From: a bacterium
Lineage (GTDB): Bacteria > Electryoneota > Electryoneia > Electryoneales > Electryoneaceae
Direction of reading: 5' to 3'
Assembly (NCBI GenBank): GCA_963675295.2
Contig: CAXXKJ010000002.1
Coordinates: 1,440,001-1,504,000, forward strand
DNA length: 64,000 nt
Made by a program: the position numbers and the translations under genes. Positions 21,894 to 31,971 of the stretch are shown piece after piece. The notes beneath the pieces are model-generated. The model searched no databases and was not told the origin of the DNA. It saw only the letters and a program-made list of their open reading frames with translations. Position 1 is the first letter of the stretch. Each line of letters starts with the position of its first letter.

Positions 21894-22529
21894 CTAAACA
21901 CCAGTCATTTTTTGTACATGATCTACTGTAAACAACGTTTTACCTTTATTAGCACCGAATTTTTCACCTTTAAGCGTGCCCGCATCCATTTTACGATAGA
22001 TTGTATCTTTAGATACTCCAAGAAGGAATGCCAGCTCACGTACAGATATATATGTTTTGGGAAACCCATTCTTATTAGTGGGCCAACGTGATGCAAGATC
22101 AAAGCTAAGCTTATTTCTAATGTCAATAAGATGTTCAAACTGGTGTTTATGAATTTTAACTGTAGAATCAGATAGGTAAGTAGTTACATCTTTATTTGTT
22201 TGAGTAACATCATCTTCTTCTATAAGGCTGTCTATATATCTAATTGCTTGCGAAACTTTTGCAGGATGATTAAGGATTCCTTCCAACTTAGCTATTAGAA
22301 TCTCCCTTTTATGAACCAAAAGGTCGGATTTGGTTCGCTTCATGAACGAAGGCAGATCTTTATCATGAAAAGTCAGTTCAGGTTCTTCTAAACGTATATA
22401 CCAAGTTAATTTGCCAAAAATCTTAGTAAATTCCGACCCAATCTCTAAATAACTGTCAGGAATCTCAACGTGTCCGTCCATGACCAACGCAATGCGTTTT
22501 CGAATTTCATTCTCCTGGTTGCTGGGCAT
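21894..22529 (-). CDS. Protein with C-terminal excisionase-like HTH (HTH_17-like)
   Basis: ISVRELAFLLGVSKDTIYRKMDAGTLKGEK; ATG at 22529 with GGAGAG RBS. Confidence 0.7.
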   Translation of the reverse strand: MPSNQENEIRKRIALVMDGHVEIPDSYLEIGSEFTKIFGKLTWYIRLEEPELTFHDKDLPSFMKRTKSDLLVHKREILIAKLEGILNHPAKVSQAIRYIDSLIEEDDVTQTNKDVTTYLSDSTVKIHKHQFEHLIDIRNKLSFDLASRWPTNKNGFPKTYISVRELAFLLGVSKDTIYRKMDAGTLKGEKFGANKGKTLFTVDHVQKMTGV

Positions 22530-22639
22530 GTCAGACTCTCCATCATTAAGGGTGGTTCTCTTGCAGTTCAAAAAATTATAGCTCCGGTATGTCATATCTG
22601 CAAGTCCTGGAAAGCCAGGGGCTCACACCCGCCAGCAGC

Positions 22640-22671
22640 AAAAAGGAGGCTACCCCAAGGGGCAACCTCCT
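22640..22671 (-). terminator. Rho-independent terminator
   Basis: On the minus strand AGGAGGTTGCCCC-tt-GGGGTAGCCTCCT followed by TTTT, downstream of 22699. Confidence 0.65.
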
Positions 22672-22698
22672 GCAATAGGTGCGTAGTCAGCAATGAGA

Positions 22699-23034
22699 CT
22701 AGGCAGCAACCATATCGCCTTCCGAGTTGTCCTTATTTCCGTTCACAAGTTTCAAGTACGATTGCAGATCGAACTCCTGATACTTGGAGCTGAGATCTTC
22801 AATCTTTTTCTCATCGATCAGTTGTTTGATCTCTTCCACCTTGTCAGGGTGCCAAAGCAATCGAGGGGAACTGTCCCCACGAACCTGAATCTTGCTGGGA
22901 CTGATTTTGCCCTCTCGAACTGCTGTTTCAAGGGTTTTCGGGTCAACTTTGCAGATTCCTGCCACATCGCTCGTAGCATAGAATCCGCTGTTGTAGGTAG
23001 TAAAATCGTTCGGGTTACCTTTTGACTTCGGCAT
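22699..23034 (-). CDS. Small MerR/AlpA-like HTH DNA-binding protein (candidate excisionase or regulator)
   Basis: YATSDVAGICKVDPKTLETAVREGKI...RLLW; AAGGAG RBS before the ATG at 23034. Confidence 0.7.
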   Translation of the reverse strand: MPKSKGNPNDFTTYNSGFYATSDVAGICKVDPKTLETAVREGKISPSKIQVRGDSSPRLLWHPDKVEEIKQLIDEKKIEDLSSKYQEFDLQSYLKLVNGNKDNSEGDMVAA

Positions 23035-23595
23035 CGTAAATCTCCTTATCAACTAGAAATGAATGAACTACCGTTTTACTGATACTTCTGGAACTTCACA
23101 TCGCAGCTTGAATAGCTTCTTGCGGTGGTCCACGATCTCTCTGTCGTCCTTGAGGCGCAAGAATAGCGTCCATCAATACTTTAATCATCATCCATCTTTC
23201 CTTGTTTGCGTGTCGCCTTAGTTGTGTTTTGCCACGCCAGTTACATCAACAGAGTACCACTTTGTATTCGTAAAATCAACAGAAAAATCTAGATAAATAT
23301 TTGATTATTAAGAATTTAGCATAATCAACGCAGAATGTCGCATTCTGTCTCAAGTCGTCGCAGCTTGGAGAGTTCAGATGGTCTCCCATGGTGGTGTTGG
23401 GACGCTAAAATGCTTACCGGGCTAGTCTTCTCCTGGCGCGAATCACGAGCTAGGCAGGTGCGACTAGAACGGCTGCCCCGCGTTCGAAGGGTGCTGAATG
23501 GCTGGGTGTCAAAAACGTGGATTTCGGCCAAATCCCATTTTCGACGGTGGGCGGCTCCGCCGCGATTTTGCGATTTGGGCAAAAAAGCTAGCGCG

Positions 23596-23919
23596 ATCAG
23601 GTGATCACGATGTGGGGGTTGAAATGCGGCATAAAAACTTGCATAAACCTAGAAGGGGTATCACCCAACTGGGGCGCTGCATCGTGGTGGAAGGGAACCT
23701 GGGCTGGTAGTCTGCCAGGCTAACGTGTCACCAGGGGGGCATCCGGCTAAAACGGGGGTTTCGACGAAAATCCACTCAGGGTGTTGGGCGACAGATTAAT
23801 TCTGGCAAATTTGAAGCAAATATCAGGTGGTACCTTGGCAGGGGTTGAAATGCGTCCTGAAAACCTTTAAAACATATGTAGGGGTAACCTGTTCATTGCT
23901 GCATCAGTGATGGAATGGG
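23596..23919. repeat. Two degenerate ~100-bp direct repeats (23596-23695 and 23822-23919)
   Basis: Shared colinear blocks ATCAGGTG, GGGGTTGAAATGCG, AAAAC, AGGGGTA, GCTGCATC and GTG.TGGAA. Confidence 0.7.
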
Positions 23920-24041
23920 TTCAGAAAAGGGTTTTGGGAAGTTTAAAATCATGGAAATTAGACTAAATACTATATAGTAATACTGAAAACAATTTTGATT
24001 TATTTTTTTTTCTTCGAAAACCCACATTCGTGATATAGTAC

Positions 24042-24070
24042 TTGACAAACCATTCAATTATTCTTATAAT
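24042..24070 (+). promoter_or_regulatory. Consensus sigma70 promoter of the replication operon
   Basis: TTGACA (24042-47), 17 nt spacer, TATAAT (24065-70), with an AT-rich upstream region. Confidence 0.8.
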
Positions 24071-24212
24071 TAAAGTATGATATTGCCGTATTCCTGCCCA
24101 TAGGTACTACGACATCCCTTTAGGCTTATGACAATGCCGCCCACGGGCGGTTATTGTTGGAAGCAAATGCACCAAAAGGTATCACAAAATCAATCGAAAG
24201 GAAAACCAAAGG

Positions 24213-24410
24213 ATGGGCTTACATACAAGTACAATTGAAAAATTGGAAGACAACATACTTTGCGATCGTGTATTGGAAGCGATAAATCGAAATTATTCGC
24301 AACGATTTATACAACGTAGATACGATATCACACGAAGACAGCTACAGCGAATCATACAGCTAGACAGCGACAAAAGTAAAACAAATATAGGTAAAAAAAT
24401 GAATAATTAA
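24213..24410 (+). CDS. Small HTH-like protein
   Basis: YSQRFIQRRYDITRRQLQRII resembles an HTH; AAAGGA RBS; directly upstream of the primase. Confidence 0.55.
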   Translation: MGLHTSTIEKLEDNILCDRVLEAINRNYSQRFIQRRYDITRRQLQRIIQLDSDKSKTNIGKKMNN

Positions 24411-24428
24411 AGAAAGGATACTTATTAA

Positions 24429-26561
24429 ATGAAAATAAGCCTAAATAATGAAGTAATATCATCAAAAAAAGAAGGATATTATATCACAAAATTTGAAATT
24501 GTTGATGTAGATTTAAATGATAAGGAAAAACTAGCGTATATCTGTCGTAACAATGTTCATTCCATGAACGCATGGAAACCAGGTACTGGATGCAAGACAG
24601 ACAATTATATAGGCATGTTCGGTTTGGCACTGGATTCCGACGATGGTCTAGTCACCATAGAACAAGCACAAGAACAGTTCAAGGACTTCAATCATATCAT
24701 CTACACGTCTACCAACCACATGGAAGACAAGCCTGATCATGGCGGTGTACAACCACGATTCAGGGTCATTCTACCGTTTTCGCCATCCGAAGACTACTAC
24801 TTCACCGATCCAACCGATGCAGAACGAATCTATGACTGGGCGAAGGATAAGTTCCAGGGATACGATCCAGCTGTTTTTGAACTTGGCAGGAAGTTGTTTC
24901 CGAACACAAATCCTGATCGGGACAAGTTTGTACTGAAGGTCAATACAGACGCTGGCTGGTATGCTGTTCCTATGGACAGCGTGAACTGGTTCCATCAGGT
25001 AAAACAGATGAATTCGTGTGGAACAGGTACATCAGATAAACATGGTGGATCCCGTGAAAAAGCCGACACGAAGTACCTGGGCCACGATATGCAAATCGTC
25101 TTGCCTGACAAGCGTACCAGCTATAGGCTAGACGCATTGCGGCCTTTCCTGAAAGCCTGCAAGGATCAGAAGCAACCCTGTTACTGCCCGTTTTGTGATG
25201 ATTTGAATTCGGAAAGTCCATCCGCTTTCGTGCAGTTGACCAAGCAGGGCTTTGTCGAAATGCACTGTTCGCACTGCAAGTCAGTGGGCGAACAGCACTA
25301 TTTCTACGAAGATCCCGTGGAACCCAGCATGTTCATGCTGGAAGACAAAATGATGCGCGTGCAGGTGAAATCGAACAACGCATATGTCACCAGGATGAAC
25401 GAAGACTATATCCGCGAACGGCACCGCAAGCCGACCAAGGTCTATTTATCCAGGTGTCGCAATATTCCGTCTGCGCACTTCACGGTCGAACGTTTAGCCA
25501 GTGCGGCCCATGATCAGGTCGATTTTAACTTGGATATTGAAGAAGGCGTGCTGCGCATTCAGGTGCCATCGGCGGTGAAGACGAAGAAAAGGGAAAATGA
25601 CTATGTCGATGCCTGGCTGGAAGGTCTATTCGGTCAGCATAGCGACTTCATCAAGGACTGGCTTGCGCTGTACTGCTACACCAACTACCAGAAACTACCG
25701 GTCATCGTTCTGACCGGTCCCCGTGCTGCGGGGAAGACCACCTTTGCAGAAATCGTAGCGGAAATCTTCCCGGACCTGTCCATTGATTGGACGGGTGACC
25801 AGGCAACGTTCACCCCGGCATTCACGAAGAAGCTGTTGATGGTGGAAGAAAACTACATCAACAAAAAAAGCCAGTACACGGAACTGAAGAAGGTGACCGG
25901 TAGCGATTACCTGACGGTCAACGAAAAGTATACACCCCAATACCGGGTGCGGAATAACACCAACATCATCATGACGACGAACGAATCAAGGCCGATGTTC
26001 CTGAAGCATGATGAAAAACCGGATGACCCGAACCATAACAACTTTTTCATCTGGGAAGTGCCGGGCATCGCCAAGGTGAATCCACGCATCAAGAAGGAAA
26101 TCATGGACCGGTTGGGGCACTACATCCAGACGGAACTGCTTTCCAGGTATAAGAAGTGGGCAGCTGAAAAGGACCAGTCGGCAGCCCGATACGGCATCCC
26201 TTGTCCAATCACCGACCTGGCGAATGACCTGTACGACACGGCCCACACCAATATCGAAGCAGACGCTGAAATCCTGGCGGAAGCCCTTGTGAAGGGCGAA
26301 TTCGACAGTTACGGCTATCAGCACGGTGGCGGTAGCCACATCAAGAAAACAGCACTATGGAAACTGGCCGATGTTCTGGGTCTTCGAAAAGATCGACACC
26401 AACAGTATTTTCAGATCTTGCAAGATCAGGGTGTGCTATCCAGACGGGAAGATCGCACCAGCACGGGACGATTCGGCTACAAAATCCTTCGCAGCAAGGA
26501 CTACTATGGCGATCAGCTTGACTTGGATTGCGAAGCAATGACAAACTGTGACGCGTTCTGA
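24429..26561 (+). CDS. AEP primase / Zn-finger / SF3-type (DUF5906-like) helicase replication protein
   Basis: LDSDDG, YTSTNH and PRFRVILP AEP motifs; CPFC...CSHC zinc ribbon; Walker A GPRAAGKTT, MVEE, VNEKY, MTTN. Confidence 0.85.
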   Translation: MKISLNNEVISSKKEGYYITKFEIVDVDLNDKEKLAYICRNNVHSMNAWKPGTGCKTDNYIGMFGLALDSDDGLVTIEQAQEQFKDFNHIIYTSTNHMEDKPDHGGVQPRFRVILPFSPSEDYYFTDPTDAERIYDWAKDKFQGYDPAVFELGRKLFPNTNPDRDKFVLKVNTDAGWYAVPMDSVNWFHQVKQMNSCGTGTSDKHGGSREKADTKYLGHDMQIVLPDKRTSYRLDALRPFLKACKDQKQPCYCPFCDDLNSESPSAFVQLTKQGFVEMHCSHCKSVGEQHYFYEDPVEPSMFMLEDKMMRVQVKSNNAYVTRMNEDYIRERHRKPTKVYLSRCRNIPSAHFTVERLASAAHDQVDFNLDIEEGVLRIQVPSAVKTKKRENDYVDAWLEGLFGQHSDFIKDWLALYCYTNYQKLPVIVLTGPRAAGKTTFAEIVAEIFPDLSIDWTGDQATFTPAFTKKLLMVEENYINKKSQYTELKKVTGSDYLTVNEKYTPQYRVRNNTNIIMTTNESRPMFLKHDEKPDDPNHNNFFIWEVPGIAKVNPRIKKEIMDRLGHYIQTELLSRYKKWAAEKDQSAARYGIPCPITDLANDLYDTAHTNIEADAEILAEALVKGEFDSYGYQHGGGSHIKKTALWKLADVLGLRKDRHQQYFQILQDQGVLSRREDRTSTGRFGYKILRSKDYYGDQLDLDCEAMTNCDAF

Positions 26562-26822
26562 CAAGAATTTTTCATGGGGATTGTCATAGCTAAAGCGTAG
26601 CTATAGAATGAGATAGACGGACAATGACAAAATGACAGTTGGATTAAGTACTTAAGTGTGGATTATAGTATTTCGCGAAAGATCACTCACAGCAAAAAGT
26701 GGTATAAAAGTTTGCTTCTTCCTTTTGTCATTTTGTCACAATCATCTAAACATGGATTATGAAAACAGATACGGATGACAAGCCGCTGAAGATTCCCCGT
26801 CATGGCTGTCATTTTTTGTCAC
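26539..26822. repeat. TGACA(A)/(T)TGTCA iteron-like cluster, putative replication origin
   Basis: About 10 copies in both orientations right after the primase; perfect 13-bp inverted pair TGACAAAATGACA (26625-37) / TGTCATTTTGTCA (26726-38) around an AT-rich spacer. Confidence 0.7.
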
Positions 26823-26885
26823 TGGTAAACACCACCCCATTTTCGAATACGGATCTGCTGACCACACTATCAAGAAGGAAAATCA

Positions 26886-27458
26886 ATGAACACCGAAAAC
26901 AAACAACTCCACCTGCCAGGCACCGAAATCGCGCTGCCGAATGAAATTGCTGGGCTGACGTATGTTGAAAAAGTCGATTATGCTAAAATGCATGGAATGT
27001 CTAGTGAAGCTACAGATGTTGGTTTCAAGTACAAGCTGGTAGATACCGCTAAGGCGGATATTTTTGTGTATGCCTACCCAGATGAAAAATCGAACCATGC
27101 TGCGAATGCTGTCGATCTGGTAAACCACTATTTCGACTGCGTGAACGAAGTCCTTCAGTCAGAAGGGAACTACCGATCATACGCCAGGCTTATAGGGCAG
27201 CAACTTCTACAGGTGCAAGATTACCCGTATCTCACAAGTTGGTTTGTATTGCAGGAAGATCCAGACGGCGATCCCCTTTATTCCCTTTTGGCACTGACGG
27301 CAGTGTGTGGGTACTACCTGAAAATCAGGTATTCCGTGCGGCTGACCGATCCAAATGCTACATCAATCCCAGCTGGCTTGGATGAAAGCACGATGAAATT
27401 CCTGACTGAACTAACTTCTTATCTTGGGAAATCCAATGGCAAGAGAGTGGAACTGTGA
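26886..27458 (+). CDS. Hypothetical protein
   Basis: 190-aa ORF with AAGGA RBS; no recognised motif. Confidence 0.6.
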   Translation: MNTENKQLHLPGTEIALPNEIAGLTYVEKVDYAKMHGMSSEATDVGFKYKLVDTAKADIFVYAYPDEKSNHAANAVDLVNHYFDCVNEVLQSEGNYRSYARLIGQQLLQVQDYPYLTSWFVLQEDPDGDPLYSLLALTAVCGYYLKIRYSVRLTDPNATSIPAGLDESTMKFLTELTSYLGKSNGKRVEL

Positions 27459-27676
27459 ATAGACCAATAGCCGAACCACAGAAACAAAACAAGAAACTAC
27501 TGCGCGCCTTGGGTATCCGCCACTCAGCACCAGATCGCTACCGCAGAATTGACTCTGCAAACGCAGGTCATGCTGGAGATACACCGTCGTCAGGTGGATC
27601 TAGCCAGGATTCCTTCATGCACGATCTGCGGCAAATGGATCAGATGTTTGACGAGTGGTGGCAGGGTCGGCGATGA
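27455..27676 (+). CDS. Small 'EWW' protein, copy A
   Basis: GTGA overlap with the upstream gene; LLRALGIRHS...DSFMHDLRQMDQMFDEWWQGRR, paralogous to 33501-33779. Confidence 0.65.
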   Translation: MNRPIAEPQKQNKKLLRALGIRHSAPDRYRRIDSANAGHAGDTPSSGGSSQDSFMHDLRQMDQMFDEWWQGRR

Positions 27677-27865
27677 TAGTGAGCTGCGTTTTCTTCATCT
27701 ATTCCAAGACAAGTTGGCAAGACGTAGTAGTTGCTTCCCTTACTCCAAAACAAAAATGAAAAATCCGGAATGCCGGGCTAACATGCCAGATGCAGAAACC
27801 GTATATTGATATTCAGGGATCGATCTAAGCCACGCAGCTTGGGTCAGTATCTGGGGGAGGGAATC

Positions 27866-30466
27866 GTGAAAAAGCTCGTCATCTTCTTTGTCGCCTTACT
27901 CATCGCTGGGTCAGCAGTAGCCCAGGACAGTCTGAATGTCAGCATGGTAGGGTCGACATATTCTCTTTGGCAAAATATGCACAATATTATTTGTTCCGGT
28001 GATTTTGCATATGTCAGTACAGGCGAAACGGGTCTTAGTATATATGATGTAAGCGATCCAGAGAACGCATTTGAAGTTGGCGGATTCGACCCACAAGCCG
28101 ATATTATAAATGCGGCAATTTTGGATTCAACCACCAGATTGATATGCCTTGGAACTGAATCAAGTGGACTTCTCATAGTTGATGCCAGTAATCCATCTGA
28201 ACCGATTCAAGTTGGGGCATGTGATTTTCCTGGTAGCATTTATGATATTTGTGTAAATGGGAATTATGCTTATGTGTCAAATCATGAATACGGTTTGCGT
28301 GTTATCGATTTTTCTAATCCCCAGCTACCTGTAGATATTGGTTTATACACAGTACCTGGACATACTGAATATGTAGAATGCCATAACAATTATTTATTTT
28401 TGACTAACAATAACTCTGGTATCAATGATGGACTTATTGTATTTGATATAAGCAATCCATTTTCGCTTATATATGTTGGATTATTGGATATTATGGGTGA
28501 TACAGGAAATATGGATATTATTAATGATTATATCTATATTATATCTAATGATAATTATTGTATAGGTATTGTCGATATTAATAATGCTATTTTACCTAAT
28601 ATTGTCGGTACTATTGAGACAGAAGGCCTATGCAGTGGCCTTGTTATTTCTGATTCTGTTTTATTTATTGAAGATCATTTAGGTAATGGATATGGAATAT
28701 ATATTTACGATATAAGTAATCCTACAAATCCTGTATTCAGAGCAGATCATCCTATTCAATCGTGGCCATACCATATTACAGCTAGTAATGATGTGTTATA
28801 TATTGGCTTTAAGAGTGTTTCATCATACACTGTTTGTTGGTTGCAATTAATTGATGTTAGCGATCCATCATCGCCATCCGATTTAACAACTTGCGGGAAC
28901 AAAGGTAGAATTTACTATTCTGCAATAAACGACAGTATAGCGTTTGTTACACTTCAAAGAGGAGGATTGGGTATTGTAAATATAGAAAATCCATCTGCTC
29001 CTTTTGAAATTATAAATATGGATATCAACACTACTAAAGATTTGGTCCTAATTGATGAATACTTATATTTGGCTGTTGATTGTGGATTATATGCTATAGA
29101 TGTGTCAGATCCATACAATCCATCCATTATTGGGGCTATATCTCTCGGTATTGTTCCATTAGATCATTTATTTGTAGCAAATAATATTGCTTATATAGTT
29201 CAAGGATCCGATGAATTAACCATGATCGATATAAATGACCCAAGTAGTTTAGTATTAATTGCTAGCTATGATACTAACTACCTTATTGATGATCTATATA
29301 TAGAAGATAACTATGCATTTGTAGCCGCCGATAATTCTGGATATCTCATATTAGATGTTAGCGATCCTTATTCCGTATTCGAAGTATCAATTTCAACCGT
29401 GCCTGGTAATGCCAATGATGTAGCCCTGGAAAATGGTTTCTCATACGTAGTTACTTCTGCTGGACTGAGTGTTTTTGATATTTCAGACCCATATTTTCCA
29501 GAAGATGTAGGTTTTTTAAGCATACCTGGATTCGCCAGACAAATAGAGATACAAGAATCATTTGCGTATTTAGCGATGGATAGTGGGGGTTTACATATTG
29601 TAAACATAAACAATCCCATAGAGCCTGTAGAAGTTGGCTTCTACGAAACACCCGGCACGGCTCGTGGGGTAGATGTGATGGATGGGTACGCTTATGTATC
29701 TGATTTCTACTATTACCACATACTAGATTGCAGAGACGCTATTGGATGGGAAGAACCACCAAACCTACTAGAAGTAAGTCTAACAGCACAAAATCCGCTG
29801 ATCGTTCCGCGTGGTAGCAGTTTTCAATATGAAGCCCTGGTAACGAGCAACCTTCCTTCACCATACAATGTAGACTTCTGGACGTATGTCAGCTTGCCCA
29901 ACGGTTCGCCTTATGGCCCGCTGCAACGGATCAACAACGTTCCGATGACACCAACGACAATCATCGGACCGGTCAACCTGGGTCTTGCTATTCCCCAGAC
30001 CGCCGTCCTGGGTGAGTACACCTTCCATATGCAGGCTGGACGATTCCCGGCAACGGTGGTCGGGGAAGACGAGTTCCCCTTTGAAGTGGTCGCAGCTACC
30101 GGCACAAACGGCCTGCCATCCAGCGATTGGTCCGCATGGGGACTGGACCAGCTACACCAGACTAGTAGCGAAGAAACGGTTACTGATGTGGCTACTCCCA
30201 CTACCTACTCGCTTGCCGGTGCGTATCCGAACCCGTTCAACGCGAGCACTACGCTGACCGTGAACCTGCCGGAGATAGCTGAATTGACCGTGGTCGTGTA
30301 CAACACGCTTGGCCAGGAGGTGGTGCGAATAGCGGACGGCACCATGTCAGCCGGTAGGCACGATTTCACCTTCAACGCCAGCACGTTATCCAGTGGTGTC
30401 TATTTTGTCCAGGTACAGGTACCAGGCAAACTGGACGAATTACAGAAGGTTGTTCTGATGAAATAG
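27866..30466 (+). CDS. Secreted LVIVD-repeat beta-propeller protein with T9SS sorting domain
   Basis: GTG start after GGGGGAG; signal peptide; many YAYV...GL.I.DVSDP..P..VG repeats; Ig-like domain; YPNPFN C-terminal domain. Confidence 0.88.
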   Translation: MKKLVIFFVALLIAGSAVAQDSLNVSMVGSTYSLWQNMHNIICSGDFAYVSTGETGLSIYDVSDPENAFEVGGFDPQADIINAAILDSTTRLICLGTESSGLLIVDASNPSEPIQVGACDFPGSIYDICVNGNYAYVSNHEYGLRVIDFSNPQLPVDIGLYTVPGHTEYVECHNNYLFLTNNNSGINDGLIVFDISNPFSLIYVGLLDIMGDTGNMDIINDYIYIISNDNYCIGIVDINNAILPNIVGTIETEGLCSGLVISDSVLFIEDHLGNGYGIYIYDISNPTNPVFRADHPIQSWPYHITASNDVLYIGFKSVSSYTVCWLQLIDVSDPSSPSDLTTCGNKGRIYYSAINDSIAFVTLQRGGLGIVNIENPSAPFEIINMDINTTKDLVLIDEYLYLAVDCGLYAIDVSDPYNPSIIGAISLGIVPLDHLFVANNIAYIVQGSDELTMIDINDPSSLVLIASYDTNYLIDDLYIEDNYAFVAADNSGYLILDVSDPYSVFEVSISTVPGNANDVALENGFSYVVTSAGLSVFDISDPYFPEDVGFLSIPGFARQIEIQESFAYLAMDSGGLHIVNINNPIEPVEVGFYETPGTARGVDVMDGYAYVSDFYYYHILDCRDAIGWEEPPNLLEVSLTAQNPLIVPRGSSFQYEALVTSNLPSPYNVDFWTYVSLPNGSPYGPLQRINNVPMTPTTIIGPVNLGLAIPQTAVLGEYTFHMQAGRFPATVVGEDEFPFEVVAATGTNGLPSSDWSAWGLDQLHQTSSEETVTDVATPTTYSLAGAYPNPFNASTTLTVNLPEIAELTVVVYNTLGQEVVRIADGTMSAGRHDFTFNASTLSSGVYFVQVQVPGKLDELQKVVLMK

Positions 30467-30500
30467 GCGGAAGTTCTGCCAGTATCTGGGGGAGAGAATC

Positions 30501-31940
30501 GTGAAAAAGCTCGCCATCCTACTTTGTGCCATTCTGATGTGCACCACTGCATCCGCGCAAGAATGGACCGAACACATGGTTGATGGCGACTTCCCTGTGG
30601 TGAGGTCTGTTTTCGCGTCGGATGTTGACGGTGACGGTGACGTCGATGTGCTGGGATCAAGAGGTGTGGGGATTACGTGGTGGGAAAACGATGATGGTTC
30701 AGGTACGCAGTGGACCGCACACACCGTAGACAACGGTGGTGCAGAATCGCTTTACGCAGCGGACGTAGACGGCGATGGTGACATGGATATTCTCGGAGCT
30801 GTGCCTTGGGATGACGAAATCGTGTGGTGGGAAAACGTCGATGGAGTGGGAACTCTCTGGGTCGAACACCCTTTGGATGGCGACTTTGAGAACGCAGGCT
30901 CAGTTCATGCGGCAGACGTTGACGGTGACGGCGACACGGATATACTTGGTGAGTCAACATCTGGTGAATACCCCATCATTTGGATGGAAAACGTTGATGG
31001 TGTGGGCTCTGAGTGGACCAGACACCCAGTGTATACCGACTTCAATCACGCAGCCTCTGTATATGCGACGGACATTGATGGTGACAGCGACACGGACGTG
31101 CTAGCTGCGGTGTATTATCCCGATAGTATCAGATGGTGGGAAAATATCCAAGGAGACGGCACGGAATGGACTGAACACATTGTGGATGATGTTTTCGGGT
31201 TAGCCGGCTTTACCGCTGAATGTGTGTATGCGGCGGACGTGAACGGTGACGGTTACATGGACGTTATTAATGTGGCGTATTATACAGACCAAGTAGCATG
31301 GTGGGAAAATATCCAAGGCGACGGCACAGAATGGACTGAACACATCGTGGACAGCTATTTCGATCAGGCGTATTCTGTACACGCCGCAGATCTTGATGGC
31401 GATGGTGATACGGACATTCTTGGGGCTCGGCATGGTTTCCGTGGGGGTTTCCGTTGGTGGGAGAACACCAATGCAGTAGGCACATCATGGACCGAACATA
31501 TCGTGCAAGAAATCTCTTGTGCCGAGGGCGGAGGACATTCCGTTTATGCGGCAGACGTTGACGGTGATGGCGATCCAGATGTGATCGGGGCAGTATCTGA
31601 TGACAACTATATCGCATGGTACGAGAATTCGCTGCAAACAACTGTCAATGAACACGTAGAAGGTGAGTACCTCCAACACTATGATCTGGTAGGTATCTAC
31701 CCCAATCCTCTCAACGGATTAGCGCGGGTTGATGTTCACCTGCCGAAGCCTGCCACGTTAACATTAGTAGTGTTCAACATCATGGGTCAACACGTTGCGA
31801 GTTTAGCCGACGGATCGTATACCACAGGAACCCACACTTTCACATTTGACGCCACCAACCTATCTAGCGGAATTTACTTCCTGCGAGCAACAGTACCTGG
31901 ACAGCTGGATCAGACACAGAAGCTGGTGCTGATGAAGTAG
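30501..31940 (+). CDS. Secreted FG-GAP-repeat protein with T9SS sorting domain
   Basis: Signal peptide; 7 WTEH...ADVDGDGD.D...WWEN repeats; YPNP.N C-terminal domain. Confidence 0.88.
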   Translation: MKKLAILLCAILMCTTASAQEWTEHMVDGDFPVVRSVFASDVDGDGDVDVLGSRGVGITWWENDDGSGTQWTAHTVDNGGAESLYAADVDGDGDMDILGAVPWDDEIVWWENVDGVGTLWVEHPLDGDFENAGSVHAADVDGDGDTDILGESTSGEYPIIWMENVDGVGSEWTRHPVYTDFNHAASVYATDIDGDSDTDVLAAVYYPDSIRWWENIQGDGTEWTEHIVDDVFGLAGFTAECVYAADVNGDGYMDVINVAYYTDQVAWWENIQGDGTEWTEHIVDSYFDQAYSVHAADLDGDGDTDILGARHGFRGGFRWWENTNAVGTSWTEHIVQEISCAEGGGHSVYAADVDGDGDPDVIGAVSDDNYIAWYENSLQTTVNEHVEGEYLQHYDLVGIYPNPLNGLARVDVHLPKPATLTLVVFNIMGQHVASLADGSYTTGTHTFTFDATNLSSGIYFLRATVPGQLDQTQKLVLMK

Positions 31941-31971
31941 GCGGAGTTTTGCCTAGATCAGGGGGGAGATC

